From Ginglymostoma cirratum (Eukaryota), in contig JAHRHZ010000074.1 of NCBI GenBank assembly GCA_024137785.1, positions 9,154,004-9,218,003 of the forward strand: DNA of 64,000 bases, written 5' to 3'. The position numbers were made by a program, and so were the translations under genes. Within the stretch, counting starts at the first letter, position 1, and every line of letters begins with the position of its first letter. The notes beneath the pieces are model-generated. The model was not told where the DNA came from. It made no database searches and saw nothing but the letters and a program-made list of their open reading frames with translations. Below are positions 13,481-26,082 of the stretch, one piece after another.

Positions 13481-13879
13481 AAGAATTAGTAGTTACTATT
13501 CTAAGCACACTGACACTCACAGCACAACTGAACCTGAAAGAAAAACCTTTCAATAGACAATCGCTAGGCAAAAGTTAACTTAGCACACCCACGGAACTCT
13601 ATCTGCAAATTTTCAATTGAAAGGAGATAGTGAAAGGCGTAAATTCTCAACCGGCGCATGAAAGACACCATCAGTATGTAAACAACATTGTCTTATCAGC
13701 AAAGAACTGAAGGAGACTTAACAGGGTGGATGCTGAGAGGATGCTCTTGTGGCTGCCTAGAACCATGGGCACAATTTTAAAAAATTGTCTCTCCCATTTG
13801 AGATAGAGATTTGTTTGTCTCCTCTGAAGGTTACAAACAAGAGTAGGCCATTTGAACCTTCTAGCCTGGTCTGCCAATC

Positions 13880-16160
13880 AGTAAGGAGACATTGAAAGGA
13901 AAATAAACTGGTCTAGTTCTGTTAATACAGGATGGATAAGTACAACAGTGAGTAATGACCTAGGTTTGGAAGAATCCAAAATTTAGATCAGTTGAGTTGG
14001 AGATTTACAAAAGAAAAAGAAAATTAGTAACTAGTGGATGTAGTTTTCAGACTTTGTAACAGTAGCTACACTTTAGAACAGAGTATAAATCAAATAATAG
14101 TGGGAAGTTGTAGGAAAGCTACTGCAGTAATTGACTAATCTTCACATCGATTAGGCAAATTAAATTGCCAAAGGTAGTCTGGAGAATGAGTCATCATGTG
14201 TTTGGAACAGTTTCTCAGGAAGATGTATGCTGAAACCTACCAGGGAGCAAGCTACGCTAGACATGTCAATGTGTAATGAAACAGGAATAATTAAAGATCT
14301 CATTGTAAACATATTAAAGGATCCTTAGGCAAAAGTGATCATAGCATGATAGAATGTCATTCATGCATGAACAATGTGGGTCAGTAAATTGTTTCTTAAA
14401 CTTAAATTATTTGTAAGGCGAAAGAAGACTGGTTGAGGATTGGGTAAATTGGCTACAAGGAAAGATAGAGAATCAGTGGCAGATATTTTAAGGAAATATT
14501 TCATAAATCTCAAAAATTATGCAGCAATCAAGGTTAACGAAGGAAATTAAGTGGTATCAAATGAAAGAAGAAGCTTAAAATATTGTGAAGATTTGCGGTA
14601 GGCTAAAAGATTAGGCAAGTTGCAGAAACTAGAAAAGGATTGCATTAAATAAGAGTGAAATGAAAGTCTGAGAGAAAACTTGGAAGAAATAAACAGCAAG
14701 CAATGAATGCTTTTAAAAGTATTTCAAAAGGAAAAGAGCTAAAGTAAGCATTGGCATCTGATGTGAAACAAGGAAATGGTAGAGACTTTGAACCAGCACT
14801 TTCAGTCCATCTTCACAGTTGAAAAAAATCCTAAAACTAGTAGAAAATCTAGAAGCACAAAGGAGGGAAGAAGCCGTGGGAAACTAATGGAACCTAAGGC
14901 TAACAGGTTTGCTCGATCTTGATGGCCTGTATCCTTAGTCTTTAAAATAACTGACAGCAGAGATAGGTGAGTGGGTTGGTTACAATCTTCCAAAATTCAC
15001 TAGATTCTGGATGGGTCCCAGCAGATTGCAAAACTGCAAGTGTAACACCTCTGTTTAAAAAAAAATGGAAGGTGGAAACTTGTAGACAACTTGGGCTAAT
15101 GTCTGTTATTGGAAAATGCTACAGTTAATTTTAAAGTGCTGGGAACAGGACATTTCAGGCAAAGTTGGTATGATTCTGTGAAAGGCGAGTTATTTTCAGC
15201 ACATTATTTATTTGAGGATGTAACAAGCAGGTGGATAAAGGAGAGGCAGTTTATATAGTGTGTGTGGATTTACAAAAGCTGTTTGATAAAGTGCCACATG
15301 TGAGGTACCTACACAAGAAAAGGATGATGTTAGGGGTGTTAATGTTAGTGTAGATAAAGAACTGATCAACAGGAAGGAGAGTCTGAATAAATGGGCTAGT
15401 TTTGGGTCGGAAAACTGAAATTAATGCAATAACGCACACATTTATGAACCTCAGCCTATCATAATGTATATACTAATGAGTTGAATGAAGTACTGACCCC
15501 TCTGAGATTGAAGGCTTGGTTTCAAGTTCTATGTGTTCCAGCCATTATTTAATAGTGTCTCCGAACACATTGAAAGGGAAAATGTGTACAGATATATGCA
15601 GTAGGGCAAGTTGAGATTGATGCAAAGTCTGCCAAGAAATCTAGGTAAGTTGTGTAAAGGCAAAAAACTTGTAGGTGCAGTAAAATATAGGAAAATGTGA
15701 TGTTGTACACTTAGGAAGAATAAAAAGGTGGGAATTTTTTTAAATAGTGAGAAACTGCAGAATGCTGCAGTATTGAAGGATTTTAGGTAACCATGATTCT
15801 CAAAACTTCAGCGTGCAGCTACAGCAAGTTAGTTTGGATGTTGGCCTTTATTGCAAAGGGAAACGGTATAAAAGTAAGGAAGTCTTCGTACAAAAGTACG
15901 TCGCATTAGCCGGGTAACACCTGTAGTACCGTGTACAATTTTGGTCACGCTTAAGGAAGGGACATACTTTCATTGGAAACGTTCAGAGAAAGCTCATGAG
16001 GCTAATCCCTTTGTCTTTTGAGGAAAAGTTGAGCAGGTTGGGCCTTTACTCATTTAGAGGTGATCTTATTAGAATACCGGATTTGGGGGGCTTGACAGTA
16101 GATGCTGAGAGGATGCCTGTTCTTGTGGATAAATCTAGAACTAGGGGCATATTTTAAAAA
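13880..16160 (+). mobile_element. CR1 LINE ORF2 relic
   Basis: LGKSDHSMIE (endonuclease end), ASVTPLFKK, DLQKLFDKVPH, and tail RLGLYSF motifs in order, with many indels. Confidence 0.8.
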
Positions 16161-16739
16161 ATTGCCAATTATTTTGAATCTGCCTTCTCTTTCCACCAAT
16201 AGGAACAGTCTCTCCTCAGTTCAGATCCCTTGTAATTTTTGAACGCTTGAATCAAGGTTCCTAAATATCTCTCTGCTGTAAGGAGATTTTTTTTTTCCCC
16301 TTTGGTGTATCCATGTAACTGGAGTCGTTCATCCTTTAAACCTTTCTGGGATCTCTTCAGTGCTTTCACACCCTTCTAAAGTTGACCTGGAAATTGAGGA
16401 TCAACCAATTTACTACAACTTCTTTGCTTTTGTACTCAGTTTAGAAAAAAACACAAGATCCTGTATACTTTTAAAGTTAAGATAGTATATGAAGTACTTC
16501 TTTCATTAAGGTACAGATTGTAAAAACATTATGTAATAATGGTTAGGCCACAACTGAAGTACTGACTATGATTTCAGCATTGCAAGAAACATGATCAAAC
16601 TAGGCAGGGTGCCAAGGAGAATTCACAGCAATGTTGCTAGAAATTAATTTTTTAATAATGAGGTAGAAGATTGAATAAGTTGACTTTTTCAAAATCTTTT
16701 TGAAACAAAGGAGATTGAGCAAAAATTTAGTTAACGTGT

Positions 16740-17842
16740 TGTGATGCGAGCTGTGGGATTATATGTATAACTTTTAATGTTATTTGTTTGTGGTTTTTGA
16801 GTTAGTAAGCAGCATGTCTGAAGTTAAGTATTTCAGTATCCAAGGTGATATCTTTTATAATAAGTTTTCGAGGCATGGTTTCAGAACAACTAAACTTGTA
16901 TGCACTTCTGATAGACTTGTTTATTTTAGATTGTTAGAACCTGTTATTGTAAAGAAGACCTTAAAGAGTGTTAGAGAGTTCTGGAACTTTAAGTTTAAGG
17001 GAAAAACACAATCGGAGTGAGAGAGAGATTCCTACTTTATTTTTTGACTTTGGTTGGGACAATCCTGTAAAGTCCTTAGAATAGGATGGCTGTGTAGAAA
17101 AGTGCCCCCGAGAAGAGAAAGGCATGTAGGAGCTAGGTTATCTTAGAGTGAAGACTTGGTGTTCGTGTCAGACCAGATGAGTTGGGATAAAATCCTGAAG
17201 AGATTACTTAAAGCTAAGTATGTTTGAGCAGGTGTATTATAACTCCGGGAAGAATTTATCTAAAGTTCCAATCTAAACATTGACGTCCCACGCGACTTAA
17301 ACTCACTGAGGTGTTTGATACCTAGAGATACTGATGTTTGTATTGTACAGGTGTTTTTTGCGTACCAGTGGTGTGCTTTGTACACTATACAAAAGCCAGT
17401 TTTTGTTTATTTTCAATTTATAAATAAATGTTTTGGGATTAATAATGTTATAGTTTTACAGCACGTTTAAAATAAATCTGAATTTGTATTAGGTAAAGTC
17501 ACCGTAGTCTTGCCAGACCATAGAGCTGCTCTCATTAGAGAGAGATGGGTGTCGGTGATTTAACCTGAGGGTCGTCACATCTCAGGCGAGGGGAGAGGTT
17601 GAGAAGGAGAGTCCTGATGGTTACCTCAGCCAGTGTGGGATTTGCACCCAGATTGTTGACGTTATTCTGCATTTTAAACCAACTGTCCTGCCAAATGAGC
17701 TAATCAACTCTCTTTTCCCTATTACATGCTTGTATTTCACTGAGAGACCACTTTGTTAAAAGCAAAAATAAAAGGTCCGTAAGACCATTTTCCTATCTGA
17801 AACCTGTCTTGTTCAGTAGCAACATTGGCTGTGATCGTAACA
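16740..17842 (+). mobile_element. Solo-LTR-like repeat, copy 1
   Basis: TGTGATG...CGTAACA termini, 4-bp flanks GTGT/GTAT and AATAAA at about 17423. It interrupts a CR1 3' segment that resumes after it and is homologous to two other copies. Confidence 0.6.
17487..17710 (-). mobile_element. tRNA-derived SINE (family shared with 23230-23432), nested in an LTR-like repeat
   Basis: The minus strand has a TAGCTCA.TTGG A box, a GGGTGCAAATCCC B box and the body CCTGAG..GTGACGACCCTCAGGTTAAA..CTAATGAGAGCAG. Confidence 0.65.
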
Positions 17843-19400
17843 GTATTCCAAATAATAGGGGCGTGGATAGAATGACTAGTATTGACTTGTTTTCCTTAGA
17901 AAAGAGGTCTTTAAACAGGTGCTATATCTAAAGTAATTGGCAGAAGGATTGAGAGGACATTTGTTTTCTTCAAGAGCATCAAGGTTTGCAACTCCCTAGC
18001 TGAAAGACTAATGAAGATTTGAAAAAAAGTGCAAAAGATAATAAGTACAAATGAAGTGTCATAGGCTAAAGGTCTGCAGATCAAAAGGTAGAAAATTTAA
18101 TTGCACTGGTTAGCTTCTTTTAAGCTGGCAAAGACATGATGGGCCAACTGGTCTCCAGCTGAGCCTTCAGTTTTCTGTGTTTGATCAGCAGGTATAAGGT
18201 GTGTGTGTGGGCGGAGAGGGGTAGCCTGTACTCTGCCTACCGCTGAGATCCCTGCCATCATACATACTAACACTAAGCCAAGTTTGTTCATTTCACATCC
18301 CCTGAAGTGAACAATTAGACATACCAGATCCAGCAAAGACTATGAGTTCGAAGTATTAAAGATCTGTATACCCGACCTAGCATCTCTGGTCCAGCTATTC
18401 CAGTTCCAACAGTGTCATTTATCATGCGGAAGTTTGCCGAGGTGTATTTGATACGAATAAGAGAGTGAATTTAAGCTGATTGTTGAAAACAAGATAATAG
18501 GCTACAGTCAGTAATTTAATGTTGTTCTGGTTTTTGTTTATTATTGTGAATTGACTTTGTTAATTTTATTACCAAGTGGGAGTCATCTAAAGTGTTATCA
18601 GTAAATTCAATGATGAGGTTATCACAATATTCTAAAAAATTGAGCGACTAGAAGTTAAAAAGCAAAAGGAGAGCAGTGGGTTGATTAAACATTACTGTTG
18701 CATCTTGAGAAATTATGCACCACACAGAGAGGAATCTGTTGAACTGCTGCAGTTTCCTAATGTCAGAACCCCATCCCAGTTGCATTTTTGCAAGAATATG
18801 TGTGTATTACTCTGTAATGAAGTAATCAGTCTGTCTTCTATTTCAAACAAAAATATTTTTGGGTGTATTAAGTAAACACAGTTTTTTCTTACAATGGAAA
18901 AAGGATGTTTTATTTAAAAAGCCTTTGAAAGGTAATTGGATTTGTGACTGCAAAGCTGCATAATTTACTGGTTTCTGTATTCTTTCAACAGCATTGACAT
19001 AAGTCCACACCCAAAAATGGTGTTTACTTAATTATTGTCTTAATGAAACTGTGGTTAATTCAGGGTACCAACAGACTCATTGTAGAACTGTTTCTAATCT
19101 AAAAGAATTGTTAAAATATACTTTCCTTTATTTATTGCATTGTGGTCTTTGATTTGCATTCAGTATGCTTTCCTCTTCTTCCTTTTAATAAGTAAACATG
19201 GAATTATTAAAGGATATGGTGCAAGTAGTACAAATACTCTGGTAAGTTATCTAAATTAAATGTTGATCTTCTAATTTGTTCTTATTTGTTCTAAATGTAC
19301 TGTGTTCATGTTATTACCCAGTACATTATTGGTTTTTTGCTAGAGTCTGCAATGCATCTCAACTGACTGCTAATTGAGTTTTTTGTTATTACATTTGTAG

Positions 19401-19479
19401 TCATTTAGACAACCATCAGCTCTGGGACCCAAATGCATTTGCTGTTTCCTGTTTCAAAATTACAATGTATTCTATACAG
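19401..19479 (+). CDS. EFR3A: EFR3A exon 2 in window (79 nt): (I)HLDNHQLWDPNAFAVSCFKITMYSIQ
   Basis: tttgtAG / GTGAGT; frame continuous with the flanking exons; matches EFR3 HLD.H.LWDPN.FAV.CFKI.MYSIQ. Confidence 0.95.
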
Positions 19480-20905
19480 GTGAGTATATAAGCTTCTTCA
19501 TTTTGCAAGAAAGAAAATGCTTAGAGCCGTATAATAATGCATTGTCTTCCTCTCCACTCAACCAAAGTTTTTTTTTATATAATGATCAACTCTAATGATA
19601 CAAAAGCTTGATTGAATTTTGATTTTATTTCCACGTTCTATTTTGTGACCAAACTACACATGGCTGAAGAGGTTTCAAATTTACATTAGAAAATTTTTTG
19701 AATGCAAGCGTGAGATTTATACTTCAGAGATGGTATTTTAACTTTTTACTAACGTCTAATGTATTGCTGCATTCTCAAAGAGATGGATCTGGCATTTATC
19801 CATTAGGATGTTACTTGATTGCATTTCTGAAGGGAAGATTTTCCCTGCCAGGAGCTTAAATCAAGGGTGAAGACATATATGTATCCAAATTGCTAATGGG
19901 CCCTAATAGTTGGTAAAGCTCCCTGTAGGACGTAATTTCATAAAAATTATTCCCCTTTGAAGTAAGATATTCATCCCGTCATCATGTTTGAAGGTCGCAA
20001 AGGTTGAATTCTAATTCGGGTTTTAGTCAATCGTAACCCCCAGGATCTTGATAGCGGGGGATTCTGTAATGTTAATGCCATTGAATATGAAAGGGAGATG
20101 GTTCAATTCTTTTTCACGGAAGATGCCATTGCTGGCACTTGTAAGTATGAATATTACTTGCCACTTATTAGCCAAAGCCTCAATGTTGAACAGGTCTTTC
20201 TGGATGTGGACACAGACTGCTTCATATCTGAGTAGTAAAAAGTGGTATTGAACACTTCACTTACCGATAAACTTCTCCACTTCTGATCTGATGATGGAAA
20301 GAACCTTATTGATCAAGCAGTTGTAGATGGTTGTATCCTGAGGGACTCCTGCAGTGATGTCCTGAGGCTAAGATGATTGACCTTTGACAACGAAAACCAT
20401 TTTCCTTTTGAACTTGGTATAATTTCCAATGAGTAAAGCGCTTTCCCCAATTCTAGTTGACTTCAGTTTTGCTGGGGCTGCTTGATCCTGCACTTTGCCT
20501 AAGTGATCTTTGATGTCAAGGACGGTTACTCTTGCCTGACTTCTTGAAATTAGCTGTTTTATTTGTGTTTGCGCCAAGGCTGTCATGAAATCAGGAGCCA
20601 AGTGGGTTTAGCAGAGCTCAAACTGAGTGACAGTGAGCAGCTTATTGACGAAGTGCTGCTTGATAGAATGGTTGATAATTCCCTCCATCACTTTGAGAGA
20701 GTTTTTGGTTTCTTCAAAGTGCTTTGTTCAATGAACTTTATATCGTGTACTGTAGCTTGCATTTTAAACCGGATTGTTGCTTTCATTTTAGGTACTTTTC
20801 TAATCAACCTGTTCATTTGCTTGCATAAAAATGCTTTCACTTCTGCTTCTATTTCAGATAAAAAATGTTTGTCTAAATTTTATTTCAATAATTCCAACAT
20901 TGCAG

Positions 20906-21041
20906 GCTCAGCATTCTCATCACGTCATTCAGCAGATTCTTCGACATCTGGACACTCACAACAAGGATTCTCCAAGGGTCCGAGCAGGCATTGTACAGGT
21001 CCTTTTAGAGACTGTAGTTATAGCAGCGAAAGGTTCTATTG
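20906..21041 (+). CDS. EFR3A: EFR3A exon 3 in window (136 nt): AQHSHHVIQQILRHLDTHNKDSPRVRAGIVQVLLETVVIAAKGSI(G)
   Basis: ttgcAG / GTAAGC; EFR3A-like PRVRAGI.QVLLE.V.IAAKGSIG. Confidence 0.96.
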
Positions 21042-22458
21042 GTAAGCAAAACTGACATTTAGGAAAAAATTCATAGACTTGGACTGCTTCCATTTGATGC
21101 AGAGGATTAATTTTCTCTGTTTATTTCTTCGCCATACATGCACTGGTCACATTTATGTTTTTAATTGCCCTACTATTTTTCTGAACATAACACTTCCAGA
21201 TTTCAGTTGTAGTCTTGTGTAGAGTGTAGGCTACCTGAAACAAATGAATGGAAAGTTGAACAAATCACCAAGCAATTCAGGAACTTCCTTTTAGATGTGT
21301 CCTACAGAACATTTAAAAACAAATTGTACTACCTGCGTTGATTCCAATACAATTTTGTCAGCTTTTCTAAGTGCGTACCATTGCCTGTGTCTGCTGGTGA
21401 TCGGAAATGTTCCGAATCTTCCGAGCAGTGGCAATGATGAGTGGTTTACCACTGCACTCCAAGATTCCTCCAACCTGATGTTGCTGCATATTTCTGGTCT
21501 TCTGGTCCTGGCTGTTAAAGAAAAACAGCACAGCATCCTCAGGGAATTCTGTCAGAGCAGAGTTGAGTTGGAACAAGATAGCAAAAGCCCTTCTTTTTTC
21601 ACGAGTCTGGGTACCTGTGATAAGTTTAAAAGTGCAGTCTTTGAATATTAGTTAATAGATGGTTGAATGCATAGGTGGGTAGGTCAATGGGTGAGGGTCA
21701 GATTTTCAAGAAGGCATCAGCAGGGTTAGTGTGGGGAAGGCAGGACGCGGTGAAGAGATTAGGAAAGAGGATTGTGGTATCATTTTGTGCAGTTGTTCAG
21801 GTGTTAGACCCATTTTTAATGTATCTGATTTTGTGGGTAACAGTCCATCTAAGTACCATGGAACTGTCCAAACTTTATGGCTCTAGCACAAAGTCAAAGA
21901 CATTTGCACAGGATCCAGGGAGCAAGAACTTGCCCATGAGAAGTTTAAAATTCCTGGGCATTTGCCCATTGATCATTCCACAGAGTCCCAACACACAACT
22001 TCATTTGTAGATCCAGTGTCTGAAGTATTGGCCCAAGAGTTAGAATTCACCTTCTCTCCCCATTTTTCTGAAACTGAAAGAAATCAGAGAATTGCCTACT
22101 CCAAAGCTAAATGAAGTGAGCAAAATAGCACAGCCAATTTTCTTCTTAAGTAAATTCCCTTGGATTTTTCCCAAGCAAAGGAAGCAGAAGTTGTTGTACA
22201 AGCCTTGTGAACTACTTTTCAGTCTGTTGGCTCCATTTCCTTTTTTGGTAATGCTTATTGAAATATAATTTTATTGTTTTTGATATTGCAAGTGTTTTTA
22301 GTCAAACTGTGAGGAAGACAGATTTCTGGCTTTGCATGTGATCAGGATTGAATAATTTTGAATATTTTTATTTCTGTGTTTCTTCTTTCCCTAAAAAAAG
22401 TTACCCAGTCGATACCAATGTTTAAATGAATACTAATTTGATCTTTTTATTGAAATAG

Positions 22459-22608
22459 GTCCAACTGTTTTGGAGGTGTTTAACACATTATTGAAACACT
22501 TGCGCCTCAGTGTTGATTTTGAGTTATCCGGCGAATGTAGTTCTCCAGGTGGTTTTTCAACAAGCAATGATGAGAAATTAGTTCAGGATACAATTATCCA
22601 GACCATTG
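22459..22608 (+). CDS. EFR3A: EFR3A exon 4 in window (150 nt): (G)PTVLEVFNTLLKHLRLSVDFELSGECSSPGGFSTSNDEKLVQDTIIQTI(G)
   Basis: aaatAG / GTGAGT; PTVLEVFNTLLKHLRLSV is the EFR3A sequence; phase 1-1. Confidence 0.96.
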
Positions 22609-23229
22609 GTGAGTACAGGAATCAGCAATGTGAAATTTCCATGTCATTTCTGATTACATTAAATTGAGCCATGATTCTCATTGTGCATACTATTTATATA
22701 AATCTTGGTGGAATAGAGCACTAAACTTCAAATCCCTCTCTGTCATGACTTTATACTAAAACTGTCTTGATAGTTTATGTAGATTGTGAATTTGCAGTTA
22801 TATTTAACAACCAGCAATCCCTTAAATTTCAAATTAAATCGCCTTAATTTAAGTACAACTACATTTGCAAATATTCTAATAAGCAGTCAGGAAGATGTTT
22901 TTCTGTTTTGTAGAAATGAGATTCTTTTTAGATACTGAATATTTACACTTAAGCTACAGCTTCAAAAATAATTTGACAGGCCTATCAGCTAATTTCATTT
23001 CAACACAATTTGTTTCCTAATTATATCCACAATGGCAGTGTTTCTAACTGATGCCCACATTTCATTGTCTTTTGCTAGGACTGATGCCTATGTGAGGTCG
23101 CTCAACAAATGTTCAACCTGCTGACTTGTACTGTCAGCTAGCTGATGATTGAATATTTTAGTACTTGTGAATTAAATTATAAGTATAGAGGGCAGCACAA
23201 TTGTTATGACGCGTTGATGGGATCAGCAA

Positions 23230-23432
23230 ACCCAGTTGGCTAGACAGCTGGTTGCAACACAGAGTAATACCAAGAGCACAGGATTACTTCCCTTATTAGC
23301 TGAGGCCACCAGGAGGGCTCTTTGTTTTCAATCTCACCCCTTGCCTGAGGCATGATGACCCTCAGACTAAACTCACCCCTCTAATGAGGGAGCAGTCTCT
23401 GATCCTCCAGGACCATGGCAACATTCACTTTC
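23230..23432 (+). mobile_element. tRNA-derived SINE, second copy
   Basis: GCTGAGG..CCTGAGGCATGATGACCCTCAG..CTCTAATGAG..GAGCAG matches the reverse complement of 17487-17710. Confidence 0.65.
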
Positions 23433-25515
23433 ATGATTCCGAGGAATGCTAATATTATGAAGTTAATTCCCATTGGATTCAAATGTATTTTCGCCAACCA
23501 ACATTGGAGTAATTACGCAATCTTAACGTATTATGATATTAATGGTAGAGTGCAATAGGAAATAAAATGCATGAAATGAAATGAAATATATTTCAGCACT
23601 GTCCCAAACCTGTCACTTGCAGTGTGGCAATAGTGACAGTAGCTTCTTACCTGATGCTTTTATTTCTTCATCTTAAACTATTTGCACCACTACGGTAAAT
23701 AGTTCTCGTGATGGATTTACAACCACTTTTGATTTATGCTAGCATCGTATATCTAGAATTAACAAGATGCTCAAAATCATATGAGGGTATATTCTATTCC
23801 TAATGTGTTAGTAAACTAGATATTAGATGTCCCTGCTGGTTGTGTTTCAACAGCTGTTGGCCATGTAATGTTCACCAAACTTAATAGCCTGCCTTCTGTA
23901 TATAAAAAAAATCAAATAACCTTGTTAAAAGCTCACTAAACCCCAATATTATACTATCCACACCATAATACAGTTTAATTGGACAGATAGGTAAGAATAG
24001 GCAGACGTGTTATATTTCCAAAGTGATTAAAACTGGAATATACTGAAATGCTATAATTGGCGAATACCCTTGCCCACTGTTGTGATCCTGCTGCAGACCA
24101 TTTATCATCAAACATGATTTCCCATTTGCAAATCCATGCTGACTATGCCAGTCAGATGACTATCAACCACTCGTTTCTTTATCCTATCAGTTATAATAGA
24201 TTCTAGTATATTCCTACTACTGATGGAAGACTTAACAGGTCTGCAGTTCCCTGTTTCCTTTCCCATTCTCTTCTTAAATAGTGGGGTGACATTTTCTACC
24301 TTCAGATCCATAGGAATTATTCTATAGAATTTTGGAAGATAATAACCAGTATAATGATCTCTTGCTTCAATGCTGTGAGATTTATCAACTTTCACCCCAA
24401 TAATATGTCCAGTGCAATCTTCTTAGTAATGCTAATTTTGTTCAGCTCATCATTCTCTGTAGACATTTGGATCTCTACTTCTGAGAAATTTCTGAATTCT
24501 TCCTCCGTGAAAACTGCTGCAAAGTAATCATTTAGCTTCACTGTCATTTCTCTCTTCCCCGTTATAATTTCTGCTGACTCTACTTTGAATAGACTCACTT
24601 TTGTTTTTAGTTCAATGTTTTCTCTTTACGTACCTCTCGAAGCTTTTGCATTCCAGTTTTGATTTTTGCTCGGTTGCATATTCTATTCCTCTTTTTGTTA
24701 TCAGTAGCTTGGTACTTCCTTGTTGTATTCTATAAACCTCCCAATCCTCAGAATTAGAGTTATTTCTTGCAACTTTATCAACACGTTTTAAAAAAAAAAC
24801 TTATGCACTGAAAAAACTTCCTTTGATAGCCACGATTGACTGTCATTTTGAGATTTTGCATCTTGAAGAACATGTACTTTCTGGTAACAGCACAGGATGT
24901 GAAATAGTTCTTCAAAGACTGCACATTACCTATATACAGTTATGCCTTTTGATGTATTTTCCCTATCCACCTCAGCCAAATTGTGCTTCATTCTTTCATT
25001 ATTTTCCATATTCAAACTTAATACTGTTGCTGCAAAACCTCACTTTCAAGCATAACAGAAAATTCTATCAAATTATGGTCGCTCATCTCTAAAGGTTCTT
25101 TTACAACGAGATTGCTAATTAGCCCTTTTTATTATTACCTTAGTACTAGATCTAGAAAGCCATATGCTGCTCTGGAAAACCATTTCTAATATAACAGAAA
25201 TTCATCCTCCCCAGCGTCAGTGCGAAATTGGTTGACCCAATGTCTATATGCAGGTTAAAGTCACCCATGAAAACTGTGTTGCCTATCCTTTATGCTTGTC
25301 TCATTTCCTGATTAATGCCACACTCCACACTACCACGACTATTTTGTGACCTATAATTAACTCTAACCAATAAAGGCTGTCCCTTGCTGTTTCTTAGCTC
25401 CAAACAAATGGCATATAGTTGTTGTTCTGATCTGACGTCCTCTGCTGTTGTCAGCGCAACTCCATTAATTTTTCTTTCTCCTCTGTCGTTCCTAAACATT
25501 TTAATATCCTTGAAT

Positions 25516-25735
25516 AAAAACAGAAAGAACTGCGGATGCTGTAAATCAGGAACAAAAACAGAAACTGCTGGAAAAACTCAGTAGGTCTGGCAGCATCTGT
25601 GAAGAAAAAAATCAGTTAACGTTTTGGGTCCTTCTGAGGAAGGATCACCGGACCCGAAACATTAACTTTGATTTTTTTTCTTCACAGATGCTGCCAGACC
25701 TGCTGAGCTTTTCCAGCAACTTCTGGTTTTGTCCC
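25516..25735. mobile_element. Fold-back PLE-terminal element (family 2) with hammerhead motif, inserted in a CR1 endonuclease region
   Basis: About 80-nt inverted arms at 25552-25631 / 25650-25732. CTGAGGA-A-GGATC ACCG GACCC-GAAA-CA-TT at 25634-25663. 14-bp direct repeat TAATATCCTTGAAT at 25502-25515 and 25736-25749. Confidence 0.88.
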
Positions 25736-25896
25736 TAATATCCTTGAATGTTCAGTTCCCAGTCCTGGTCACCACACAGCCATGTTTCTATAATGACAAT
25801 TAGATCATACCCATGTATTTCCATTTGCGCCATCAGATCATCTACCTCATTGCAAATACTGTGTGCCATCTGATGGAGTGCTCTTAACTTTGTTTC

Positions 25897-26082
25897 ATAA
25901 AATCCGTACAGTGTGGAAACAGGCCTTTCAGCCCAACAAGTCTGCACTGACCCTCTGAGCATCCCACACAGACCTATCTCCCTGTAACCCACCTAATCTA
26001 CACATCCCCGAACACTTTGGACAATTTAGCATGGCCAATCCACCTAGCCTGCCTATCTTTGGACTGTGGGAGGAAACTGGAG
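25897..26082 (-). mobile_element. HE1-type V-SINE, 5'-truncated
   Basis: Reverse complement of the 3' half of 32379-32721. Confidence 0.8.

Noticed and set aside
20563-21045. 160-aa ORF overlapping exon 3
   Set aside because: Alternative frame over a LINE relic, intron and the real exon; no recognisable domain.
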